Virus record (IMG/VR): IMGVR_UViG_3300033520_000026
Coordinates: 1-64,000 of that record
DNA: 64,000 bases
Reading direction: 5' to 3' (one strand)
Source of the DNA: an uncultured virus (IMG/VR IMGVR_UViG_3300033520_000026)
Lineage: Duplodnaviria; Heunggongvirae; Uroviricota; Caudoviricetes
Shown here piece by piece: positions 56,301 through 64,000 of the stretch (within the stretch, counting starts at the first letter, position 1; each line of letters starts with the position of its first letter). Made by a program: the position numbers and the translations under genes. The notes under the pieces were generated by a model. It had not been told where the DNA came from, did not search any database, and worked only from the letters and a program-made list of their open reading frames with translations.

Positions 56301-59084
56301 ATCGGAGCCACAACGCCCGACGCGAAGTTGCAGGTCAACACCTGGGTCGAGAGCAATGTCGTAGGGAATACGCCGACCGTCCTGGTTTGGGGCAACGTCG
56401 GCATGTCCGATACGTCCGAGACGGTGCTGCGCTTGCAGCGTCCCGTGGCGTCGGGGACGTCGTACAACGGCGGCGTTGATTTCAACATCCACAGGTACAA
56501 TACGAGCGGAATCTCGCCATACACGCAGATGGACATCGCGTTGAAGTCCGTCAATTCGTACACGCAGACGGCCACGGTCAACGTGATCTCCCTGCGAGAT
56601 ACCGGGGCAGTGGGCATTGGCAACGTTGCGCCAGACACGTTGCTCACCTTGGGCACGGCGGGCACGACGGCGGGCGTGATCAAGATCGCTGGTTTGACCA
56701 GCGGGACGTGTACGGTGCGTGTGGCAGCGGTGGCAGGAAGCGGTACGATTTTCGAGTTGCCAGCGACCAATGGCACCAACGGATATTTCCTCAAGACGGA
56801 CGGAACGGGTGTGACAAGTTGGGCGGCGGCGGGTGGCGGGTCGCCTGGGGGTAGTGATACCTATGTGCAATACAACAATTCGAGTGCCTTTGGAGGCATG
56901 GATACCTTCCGTTGGGATGGTAGTACCTTCAAGCTGATTTTGGGGAAGGTGGGACAGGCGGCGAAGTTGCAGTTGGCTGGGAGTACGTCCGGGACGGTGG
57001 ACATTGCGGCACCAGCGACGGTGACGAGCTACACGTTGACGCTGCCTGCAAACGACGGTGATAACGGTCAGTTTTTGAAAACGAACGGAAGTGGAACGTG
57101 TACGTGGGGCTGGCAGAGCTACAACGCGGATGGGGTATCTACCGGAGCGGAGACGACGGACACGACGTGTTTCCCAGTTTTCGTGACTACCAACACTGGA
57201 TACAATGCGGCGAAGGTTAATCCTTATTTGCTTTATAACTCATCGACAGGATTGTTGACGTTGGGAGCGTCGGGCTCGACCAAGACCGGAATGTTGGGTT
57301 TGGCCGGGGCGACGAGTGGACTGGTAACGGTGACGACGGTTGCGGCGGCTGGGACGTGGACGATGACGTTGCCGACGACCGGAGGCACGAACGGGTATTT
57401 CCTCAAGACGAACGGAAGTGGAACATGTACGTGGGCTGCTGCTGGAGCTTCTCCAAATGGTAGTTACGGATACGTACAGTTGTACAACGATGCCATATCC
57501 TTCTTTAGTCATTTGGGATTCAGGTGGGAAAATACCAATAAGAGATTGGCGGTTGGATATACGTCGTTAACTCCACAGGCTACGTTGCATGTACAGTCAG
57601 AGACAAACGATCCTGTCATGGGTAGCGAGTTGGTAACAAACGGTAGCTTTACGGGATCGGCTACGGGTTGGACGCTGGGCACAGGATGGGCATATGGCAC
57701 CAATAATGTTATTTGTACTCTGAGTGGATCTGTCGAAGGCAGTTTGTATCAGGCGATCACGGTTACGAACGGAAGAAGATACCAGATCACTTGGAGACAG
57801 ACGAACTCTGCAACATTGAACGGTGGCGTGCGTATCTCTTTAGGTGGTAATACGACTGTGGCCACTGGTTTTATGAACATTACGACTTCATCCATTTTGT
57901 GGACAGTGCATTTGCTTTCAACTGTAACAGGATCGTCAAACTTGGTATTTGAGGTGATTGATAGGCTGTCTAGTGGTACGATTACTATTGATGACGTCTC
58001 TGTCATGGAGATTACTGAGGGACGAGCGACAGCAAGGTTTGATACTGCGGACGGTGGAGGGATACAGTTCAGATCCAATGCCCTGACGAATTTCGGCATT
58101 GGCGACAATGTGATGAACAATCTTTCTGGCAGTACGCAGGAGAATTGTGGATTTGGGTATTACACGTTAGGAGAATTATCAACTGGGAATGGAAACACTG
58201 CGATTGGATCTTCTGCTATGGCTAGAGCCACAAGACTAACATCCAGTGTGGCGATTGGCTCACAGTCGATGCGAAATCAAGTCGTTGGATCTTATAATGT
58301 CGCATGTGGAGCTTATGCGATGTCAAGCTCTGTAAATTGCGACGCTTTCGTAGCTATTGGGCATCAGTCTGCACATAATATGCTTTCTGGCAGTAACGGA
58401 GTGGCAGTTGGACAGGCTGCGTTGATGTCACAGCAGTATGGAGATCAAAACACTTCAATAGGGTCCATGTCGCTGTATAGCCTCACGACTGGATCGCAGA
58501 ATATAGCGATTGGATATATGACTGGACGGTACTATGGTTCTGGAACGTCTAGTCTTACAACGGCAACCGCGTCAATTTTCATTGGGTCGTTATCGAGAGC
58601 TAGTGCAGATGGAAATACAAACGAGATTGTCATTGGGGCAAACGCCATTGGAAATGGAAGCAATACGGCAACCATTGGCCATACTAACGTCACGAAGATT
58701 TACTTGCGCGGGGACATCTACAGCAACACGGCCTATGCGAAGGCGGTGGGCGGCACGAATCGAGCGGCCTACGTGGACAGTACGGGGCTCATCGGAACGA
58801 TTTCGTCCTCCTTGCGCACGAAGCAGGACGTCGTGGACATGGAGGACGTGGGGTGGATCGACCGGCTGCATCCGGTGAACTTCTGCTATCGGTCTACGCC
58901 TGGGGTGAAGCAGTACGGCTTGATCGCGGAAGAGGTCGAGGGCGTGAACCGGGACATCGTCGGATACGATTGGGAGGGGCTACCGGACAGCGTGAATTAC
59001 GACCGGCTCGTTCCTGTGCTGCTCAAGGCGGTCAAGGATCTGCGGGGCGAGGTGCAACGATTACGGGCCGAGCTGTTACCATAG
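53373..59084 (+). CDS. Long tail fibre (1903 aa) with YadA-like repeats and a C-terminal peptidase S74 intramolecular chaperone
   Basis: NTAIG/NIAIG repeats; SSLRTKQDV..LHPVNF.Y..YGLIAEEVE..SVNYDRLVPVLLKAVKDL. Confidence 0.9.
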   Translation: MAIQYDSANNQVVFSGDAYVKREAAGAIRLGNASTGLVASDHALFAAISTPTTPGSGLGRLFAGGAGASDVYWLNSSGVAVSLTQSQTFSTLQGEPTGLPNRTDSTLSFNNTTREFTIAPAVTSFDVYSKGTKYTKSSAQTVTLTDVTGLHYVYFDASGVLQKATSAWDLSAGISPVATVYWNTDLDQGRIGEERHGLVMDWATHDYMHETLGSRYVNGLGGSFTNTTFTITDGVYRDEDIRHVPGEQTQCRVFRRDGSGNWTWGSKGTLYYVVQNTHLTYDNGGTLTETNSNDYVAVWFFVTNDPETPIYVIMGQRKDGNIADARNNNTYDQLSLTNLPAKEFKVLYRVLLRDDASPYEEAQDLRSLAVVSSGTYVATDHNSLTNRTVLGSHPASAITVDVGAFTGFLTGTTSAQTAFATLDTHTHAPPTGDTKVIYNDGGAWAAADVYYTKGNGYLGVGQATPGERLHLKDGSGNGAVVLGAHQNGTAIAGTVEWTGSALRWYDGSTWKSAGIELTDPLLYKGAIDCSGNPNYPAADAGFTYRISVAGKIGGASGPNVEAGDMLVCHVDGSAAGTHAVVGANWDILQINLDGAVIGPTSATDSAVALFDSTTGKLIKNSLVTIDGSGSVNIPSGQSYKINGTALTAANVGAEPTLPLSTRGDLLYRNASNVTARFPVGTNEQVITTNGTDVSWGAVPGRHDAVTLATSATTGGLGLSTQEISFQAASGSTNGYLTSTNWTTFNSKVSGAAGSNTEIQYNSSGAFAASSNLVWDNGNVRLGIGGAPQATLDVQAASAWIRAMGSTDPYVSAQDTTNSCVVKIQALDTAVSVGAQSDHEVRFIVNNAAKMYLTTTGRLGINVAAPSYILHTSVDGRGDVQFDSHSASDDGVFLWLRRSGGTQASPAAVSSGHRLGNIVFAGYYDTSNSSWGAVIQSMAYGLWSATNRGACLQFYTTTTGTTALTERMRIIDNGYVGIGATTPDAKLQVNTWVESNVVGNTPTVLVWGNVGMSDTSETVLRLQRPVASGTSYNGGVDFNIHRYNTSGISPYTQMDIALKSVNSYTQTATVNVISLRDTGAVGIGNVAPDTLLTLGTAGTTAGVIKIAGLTSGTCTVRVAAVAGSGTIFELPATNGTNGYFLKTDGTGVTSWAAAGGGSPGGSDTYVQYNNSSAFGGMDTFRWDGSTFKLILGKVGQAAKLQLAGSTSGTVDIAAPATVTSYTLTLPANDGDNGQFLKTNGSGTCTWGWQSYNADGVSTGAETTDTTCFPVFVTTNTGYNAAKVNPYLLYNSSTGLLTLGASGSTKTGMLGLAGATSGLVTVTTVAAAGTWTMTLPTTGGTNGYFLKTNGSGTCTWAAAGASPNGSYGYVQLYNDAISFFSHLGFRWENTNKRLAVGYTSLTPQATLHVQSETNDPVMGSELVTNGSFTGSATGWTLGTGWAYGTNNVICTLSGSVEGSLYQAITVTNGRRYQITWRQTNSATLNGGVRISLGGNTTVATGFMNITTSSILWTVHLLSTVTGSSNLVFEVIDRLSSGTITIDDVSVMEITEGRATARFDTADGGGIQFRSNALTNFGIGDNVMNNLSGSTQENCGFGYYTLGELSTGNGNTAIGSSAMARATRLTSSVAIGSQSMRNQVVGSYNVACGAYAMSSSVNCDAFVAIGHQSAHNMLSGSNGVAVGQAALMSQQYGDQNTSIGSMSLYSLTTGSQNIAIGYMTGRYYGSGTSSLTTATASIFIGSLSRASADGNTNEIVIGANAIGNGSNTATIGHTNVTKIYLRGDIYSNTAYAKAVGGTNRAAYVDSTGLIGTISSSLRTKQDVVDMEDVGWIDRLHPVNFCYRSTPGVKQYGLIAEEVEGVNRDIVGYDWEGLPDSVNYDRLVPVLLKAVKDLRGEVQRLRAELLP

Positions 59085-59093
59085 GAGGAGATC

Positions 59094-59342
59094 ATGGCGT
59101 GGAGTGACAAGCAGAAGCGTTGGGCCAAGGAGATGGCAAGGGATCATTTTTATGCAGGAGAGTCCGTGTCCGAGTTGGACATCGAGACGCTCTTGTTCGG
59201 GGATACGGATGCGGAGCGGCAGGCCGTCGCGGTACAGTACGCGAAGGATGTTATCAAGGTTAAGCGGTTGGCGCGAAAGGCGACATTGAATTCCGAAATC
59301 GACGGCCTGGACGCCGAGGTGGCGGACATTCCGGTCGATTGA
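59094..59342 (+). CDS. Small hypothetical protein, paralogue of 59402 (possible fibre chaperone)
   Basis: MAWS..K.WA.E..DIETL.FG..A.R.AVA..YA...IK. Confidence 0.7.
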   Translation: MAWSDKQKRWAKEMARDHFYAGESVSELDIETLLFGDTDAERQAVAVQYAKDVIKVKRLARKATLNSEIDGLDAEVADIPVD

Positions 59343-59401
59343 AAACGTGGCCTAGATGCGCGGCAGCGTGCTAACGTGGCGCAAGATGTTGGAGGTGATC
59401 T

Positions 59402-59656
59402 ATGTCGTGGAGTGCAAACGAGAAGAAGTGGGCGCATGAGATTTTGCGCGGGTATTACGGAGGTATGTCGAGCCAGCCAGTGACGTCACAGGACATCGAC
59501 ACGTTGGTGTTTGGGGCAGATGAGGCAGACCGTAGGGCGGTGGCGACGGCGTATGCCCATGGCACCATAAAGCCTCGGTTGCAGGCAAGTTTGACGGCGT
59601 TGGATGATCAGGCGGCGGTTGTGGAGTCGGAGATCGCTGAAATACCGGCCTCTTGA
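59402..59656 (+). CDS. Small hypothetical protein, paralogue of 59094
   Basis: Same motif pattern; GGAGGT RBS. Confidence 0.7.
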   Translation: MSWSANEKKWAHEILRGYYGGMSSQPVTSQDIDTLVFGADEADRRAVATAYAHGTIKPRLQASLTALDDQAAVVESEIAEIPAS

Positions 59657-59702
59657 AATGGGGGGTCGGACGTTGGTGCATGATGCACGTTGAAAGGATG
59701 AG

Positions 59703-60200
59703 ATGATAAAGTTGAAGAACGAGTTGTGTTTCGAGGGTGATGCGGTGATGGCGCAGGTCGAGAAGGTGAAGAACGTTCCGGTGGCATGGGCCATGGCCCG
59801 CAACAGGGAGAAGCTGGAGAAGCCGTTGGCGGACGTGCGCAAGATGCTGGAGAGCACGCCTGCGATGAAGGCGTTGAATGAGGCTATCCAGAAGGCGGCG
59901 GAGGCGCATGCTGAGAAGAACGCGGACGGCAAGCCGAAGACTGAGATTGCCAACGACCGTGTGATGATGCGGTTGGCGGACACGGCAGGGTACTCGGCGG
60001 CGGTGGATGTGTTGCGTGCGTCTGAGGAGCATGCGCAGGCCCTCTCGGACGAGAAGGAACTGAAGGAAAAAGAGACGGCACTACTGGCTGAAGAGATCGA
60101 CTTCGAGCCGTACAAGCTCAAGGTGGAGCGTTTGAAGGACGGCGACATGGACGGCGCGCAGATGCGCGTGCTGTTCAAGATGGGCATTTTGGAGGAGTAG
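59703..60200 (+). CDS. Hypothetical charged helical protein
   Basis: AAGGA RBS; E/K-rich. Confidence 0.7.
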   Translation: MIKLKNELCFEGDAVMAQVEKVKNVPVAWAMARNREKLEKPLADVRKMLESTPAMKALNEAIQKAAEAHAEKNADGKPKTEIANDRVMMRLADTAGYSAAVDVLRASEEHAQALSDEKELKEKETALLAEEIDFEPYKLKVERLKDGDMDGAQMRVLFKMGILEE

Positions 60201-60225
60201 CGCAAACCAAAGAGGAGGCGACGCC

Positions 60226-60549
60226 ATGGATTTAGTGAGCATTCTGATTACGCCACAGGTGTTGGCCATTGCGGCGGCGACGGTAGCGTTGATCTATTTC
60301 CTTGGCCAGATTCCGTTTCGGCGTAGCAAGTTAGTCAATGCTCGTTGGTGGCGTCGTCTCCTTCCACTTTTTCCGTTGGCCATGGGCGTTGGGATGGCGT
60401 TTTTGCCGGGGGTGTTACCGGCGGATGTGGCGTTGTCCAAGGGCTGGGGAACCAACGTCCTTGTGGGGCTATGGTCGGGGCTGGTAGCATCGCAGGGGCG
60501 CGCTGTATTCAAGCGTCTTGTTGTGGATAAGCTCGAACCCAAGGAGTAG
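60226..60549 (+). CDS. Holin-like membrane protein
   Basis: Three hydrophobic segments, charged C-terminus, 107 aa. Confidence 0.6.
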   Translation: MDLVSILITPQVLAIAAATVALIYFLGQIPFRRSKLVNARWWRRLLPLFPLAMGVGMAFLPGVLPADVALSKGWGTNVLVGLWSGLVASQGRAVFKRLVVDKLEPKE

Positions 60550-60591
60550 TCCTGGGGTCGATTACCCTGTACGCGGAAGGAATAGGGACAC

Positions 60592-62700
60592 ATGACGACC
60601 CTCAAGGAAATCTCCATTCCCGAGAATCAACTGAAGCTGCGGTGGCGCGAGCCCTATGTGACGGACGGCACCAACAAGGCGTTGGCGGTGTTGGATCCGG
60701 GGGCGTACAGGGGCGGGTACGCACGGGAGACGGACCCGATCAGCACGTCGTTCCGTATTACGGCGGAGGGCGAGCAGGACAATTCTTTCTTGTGGGTGGA
60801 CAAGGCCACGGGGACGGCGTTGTCGATACTGTACGGCGCGGACGTGCTGGTCGATATGGCACCGCAGTTCTCCGGGCCTGGAGGAACGTTGCCGAGTGCG
60901 CAGACTTGGTACGTCTGGCTGGACTGTTCTTACAGCGTGGGGGCGGCGACCACTGGCAAGTTCTACGTGACGACTACGGCTCCGACCAGCGCGAATGCGG
61001 TGAAGATCGCTCGCATCAACATGCCGAACGGGGTGATGAGTATTCTGACCAGCTACATCGACTGGTCCACCACGTACCGCACGGTGGCGCATGTGGATCG
61101 GCCGCTATTGATCGCGAAGGCCGTGACGAAGTCGGTCTCCACCAACAAGTTCCAACTCTCGGGCAAGGTGTATCTGCCTGCTGGCACGGCCAACTGGGCG
61201 ACGCGGGATTTCTATATCAATCTGCTGGGCGGATTGGGTCTGACCCGTTGGGCCTATGCAGGGGACGACGGGGCGCTGATCTGGGTTAAGAACGTGTGGG
61301 CGGACAGCGGCCTATCGGTTGGGATCGCGTCCGATTCCGAGGGGTTTATTGAAGATCCTTGGATCGAGCTGGACGTCTCGCAGACGACGGATCCAACTCC
61401 TCCGATGTGTTATGTGCGGTACTGGACGCGAGGGACGATGCGCGACCTCGTACTGGACGACCAGATCAAGGCGGACTGGATGCCGCACGATCATGCGGCC
61501 TATGTGGCAGCGCGGGCGAAGGCGGGGTCACCGACGGCATTGACCAGTGGGACGGTGCAGTCGCAGATCGAGGCGTTGCTGACGGCTGTCAATGAGCGCA
61601 TCAGTGAGCTGGCACCCGAGAGTGCTCCAGCAAATCCTGTGTTGCTGTGGAGGTCGCACAACATCGCCAGCGACGCTCTGGTAACGGGCACGACGATCAG
61701 CATCTACTGGGGCACCAACCTGGGCTTTGCGGTCATCGTGGGCGGGTACATCTCAGGGGGCAACGCGGTACGAGCGCTGGTCAGCCCGGGGGATACGATG
61801 GTCCTGCTGCGCCTGCACGGGAACCTGGGGGCGGGGCCGGAGCTGCTGTCGAGTCCGGCGGTGGCGGGGGCCACGCGCGCTTGGAACATCGTGACCGACT
61901 GGACGGCGGGGCTGTACACGACGGATTTCTTTGGGGTGCCGCTGTTCACGATGCCTGCGCTGCTGGTGCAGCTCCTCAGTGTGACCCTGGGGATCACCCT
62001 GGACAGCTCGCCCCTGTTGCTCACCAATCATCAGAGCTACATTGCGGGGAATCAGCCGGGATCTGTCGGGCTGGACGCCTACTGCCGCCTGTTTGAATCC
62101 GTTGGCACGGATGCGAAGATGCGCCTGTACTACGGCGACCATTCGTTCTGGCTGACGTTCAATGCAGAGTGGGTGTCCGGGTCGCCCTCCAAATGGTACG
62201 AAGACGACAATACGAAAGATGCGCTGGCGGTGGGTGTGTACCTCACGGGTAGCAATCCCGTGTTTGCGATTCGGAAGAAGTTCAATGCCAACTTCGGATC
62301 GGGGTGGACGACGGCGGAGTGGGATTCGGTCTTTCGGCAGGGCGCGCAGCCCCCGTCATCGATCCCGGGCTATGCGACGCGGACGTTCGTGCCCATGGTC
62401 GCAGTCGGAGAGTACGTGGACATCTGCCGGTGGATGGTGTGCATTCCCCCATATCCGGAACCGCATCCTCCATTGATGTCAGCGTTCGGGTACATATGTG
62501 TGAACTATCATGCGTACTTGACGACGACGCCGAACTTCACCGTGATCGAAGACCCGCCCGAGGGGTCCACTGGGACATGGGTCGTCAATCCCATGGTCGT
62601 ACTGGCCGATGAGATTGGGGCGTACATATCAGGGGCGGCTGCGTTTGATGCTTCGCTCTCAAGTACAGCCTATGGGAGATTGTACATCTACAACGATTGA
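60592..62700 (+). CDS. Putative virion structural/baseplate-fibre protein (702 aa)
   Basis: Long beta-rich ORF in the structural region; GTVQSQIEALL fibre-like motif. Confidence 0.6.
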   Translation: MTTLKEISIPENQLKLRWREPYVTDGTNKALAVLDPGAYRGGYARETDPISTSFRITAEGEQDNSFLWVDKATGTALSILYGADVLVDMAPQFSGPGGTLPSAQTWYVWLDCSYSVGAATTGKFYVTTTAPTSANAVKIARINMPNGVMSILTSYIDWSTTYRTVAHVDRPLLIAKAVTKSVSTNKFQLSGKVYLPAGTANWATRDFYINLLGGLGLTRWAYAGDDGALIWVKNVWADSGLSVGIASDSEGFIEDPWIELDVSQTTDPTPPMCYVRYWTRGTMRDLVLDDQIKADWMPHDHAAYVAARAKAGSPTALTSGTVQSQIEALLTAVNERISELAPESAPANPVLLWRSHNIASDALVTGTTISIYWGTNLGFAVIVGGYISGGNAVRALVSPGDTMVLLRLHGNLGAGPELLSSPAVAGATRAWNIVTDWTAGLYTTDFFGVPLFTMPALLVQLLSVTLGITLDSSPLLLTNHQSYIAGNQPGSVGLDAYCRLFESVGTDAKMRLYYGDHSFWLTFNAEWVSGSPSKWYEDDNTKDALAVGVYLTGSNPVFAIRKKFNANFGSGWTTAEWDSVFRQGAQPPSSIPGYATRTFVPMVAVGEYVDICRWMVCIPPYPEPHPPLMSAFGYICVNYHAYLTTTPNFTVIEDPPEGSTGTWVVNPMVVLADEIGAYISGAAAFDASLSSTAYGRLYIYND

Positions 62701-62710
62701 CGAGGGAAAC

Positions 62711-63085
62711 ATGGGATTGAAGCGCATTTCGGAGCAACACGTTATCGCCACCTGTGTGCTGTGCAGCACGGCGAACAGTTATGCTTTGGCGGATCTGCGG
62801 GCGGGGCAGCGCATGGTGATCTTCCCTCGATGTCCGGCGTGCCAGAAGGGGACGTTGCAGGGGCACCTCTCGACGGGTCCGATCACACAGGTGGGTCGGG
62901 CGGGGCAGATGCAGTCGTGGATCCGTGCCTTGCACCAGAAGCTGGTCGCCGCTGGACAGTTAGTCGACGGGGTGACGCTGGAATCCATCCCCAGCGGCAT
63001 GTATGACGGGGCCGTCACATGGCCTGTTGGTGACGAGGTTGTCGAGGCGATGACGGGATCACAGGCGTTGGAAGGCGACGAGTAG
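62711..63085 (+). CDS. Hypothetical protein with two CxxC motifs
   Basis: GAGGG RBS; CVLC and CPAC. Confidence 0.55.
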   Translation: MGLKRISEQHVIATCVLCSTANSYALADLRAGQRMVIFPRCPACQKGTLQGHLSTGPITQVGRAGQMQSWIRALHQKLVAAGQLVDGVTLESIPSGMYDGAVTWPVGDEVVEAMTGSQALEGDE

Positions 63086-63117
63086 GCGAACCTGGGTTCG
63101 CGTGCAAGGGACGTGAC

Positions 63118-64000
63118 ATGACGGACGAGTCCGGCAGCGGCTTCTTCGGCAGGGGGTACTGGGGGCGGCGCGTGCTGTGGGAGAACGTCCCGGTACAGCA
63201 TCGCAACCTCGACGTGAACGGATACCTCCAGCGACTCTTGCAGGCGTATGGGGACACATTGGAGTCGTTCATAGCGCAGATCGCGGCGCTCCCGTTTCAG
63301 CGAGATCCATTTGATGCCAGGGCGGAAGAAAACCAAGAAGAGTGGTTTTACGTCACGGCGGCAGAGCGCTACACGGACCCGGTACGAGGGGCGGTGACGC
63401 GTTTGATCGGAGAGCGAGATCCGTCGGAGAGTCCGGGCGCGGAGAATCCTTCCATGCCGGGACCGTTGGAGCGATATCCGTGGGATCCATACGAGCCGAT
63501 ACAGCGGATTGCCAGATGGTGGAAGTCCATCATTCCGACTGTGGACGAGGCGACTGGGACAGAGGATCCGACCGAGTACGCGGTGGCGATGGTGCGGGCT
63601 CGCAACTTCGACGCGGGAGATCTGTACGACGTGGATCGGTCCCTTGGGAACGAGGTATGGGTGGAGGGTGGAGACCTGACGTTGCCGATGTCCTTGCCCG
63701 CTGGCTGGCTCGTGTATGGCCCAACGATGCCGGGTGTGCCTGTGGGGTTAGGGGACGGAACTGGGACGCCATCTGTGGCCATCCCTGGGCTTCACACGCG
63801 GTTTGAGCAGGGGGACGGCACGGTGGCTGGCGCGTGTGTAGTGCTGGACGTGCCGACTCCGACTGTTTTGAGGCTGTACGACAAGCCTGATGCGCCTGCG
63901 ACGCTTGAGACCGGGGTGTTGTACCGCGAGGATCCGTTGGTTCCTGGATCGCTGGATCTTGTGAATCCGCTTGGTACGGTGGACTACTTCGGCGGCACTG
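63118..64000 (+). CDS. Probable baseplate protein (gpI/gp7-like N-terminus), truncated by the window end
   Basis: MTDESGSGFFGRGYWGRRVLWENVPVQHRNLDVNGYLQRLLQAYG..IAALPFQRDP; absent from the ORF track, apparently because it runs off the end. Confidence 0.55.
   Translation, partial: MTDESGSGFFGRGYWGRRVLWENVPVQHRNLDVNGYLQRLLQAYGDTLESFIAQIAALPFQRDPFDARAEENQEEWFYVTAAERYTDPVRGAVTRLIGERDPSESPGAENPSMPGPLERYPWDPYEPIQRIARWWKSIIPTVDEATGTEDPTEYAVAMVRARNFDAGDLYDVDRSLGNEVWVEGGDLTLPMSLPAGWLVYGPTMPGVPVGLGDGTGTPSVAIPGLHTRFEQGDGTVAGACVVLDVPTPTVLRLYDKPDAPATLETGVLYREDPLVPGSLDLVNPLGTVDYFGGT

Larger units (their letters stand above)
4740..63101. repeat. Dispersed 16-bp palindrome GCGAACC-YR-GGTTCGC, 10 copies
   Basis: Cores start at 4740, 10104, 20010, 20605, 28429, 30919, 37926, 47364, 53341 and 63086, mostly between a stop codon and the next RBS. 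Confidence 0.9.

Noticed and set aside
49167..59084. Diversity-generating retroelement acting on the fibres
   Set aside because: There is no reverse transcriptase in the window, and the repeats I compared do not differ specifically at adenines.
1..64000. Stop-codon reassignment, tRNA or rRNA genes
   Set aside because: Conserved genes are full length and end in TAA, TAG and TGA. No cloverleaf or rRNA-like stretch was recognised, although tRNAscan was not run.

Overview
The window is the virion morphogenesis region of a large, GC-rich myophage. It is almost entirely on the + strand and uses the standard genetic code. The head and neck are T4-like: a gp21-type prohead protease fused to a long acidic scaffold, a gp23-type major capsid protein, and gp13/gp14/gp15-like neck and terminator proteins. 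The contractile tail follows: a 1057-aa sheath, two gp19/Afp-type tubes, a tail chaperone with a -1 slippery site, tape measure, LysM/gp53, hub, gp5/VgrG-type spike, gp25, gp6/J, a duplicated three-gene module, and long modular tail fibres, one with a C-terminal S74 chaperone. Two free-standing putative homing endonucleases sit behind the capsid gene and the second tube gene. The most unusual part is a block at about 17.2-27.7 kb. There, about 15 mostly unrelated ORFs share an N-terminal leader (M-T-T-M-R-x-L-x-E...) that looks like a capsid-targeting/protease-cleavage signal. Several of them are A/T-richer cassettes stacked serially behind duplicated copies of the 3' end of an upstream gene. 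A 16-bp palindrome, GCGAACC-YR-GGTTCGC, recurs 10 times, mostly at gene junctions. All assignments come from motif recognition by eye; no database search was run.
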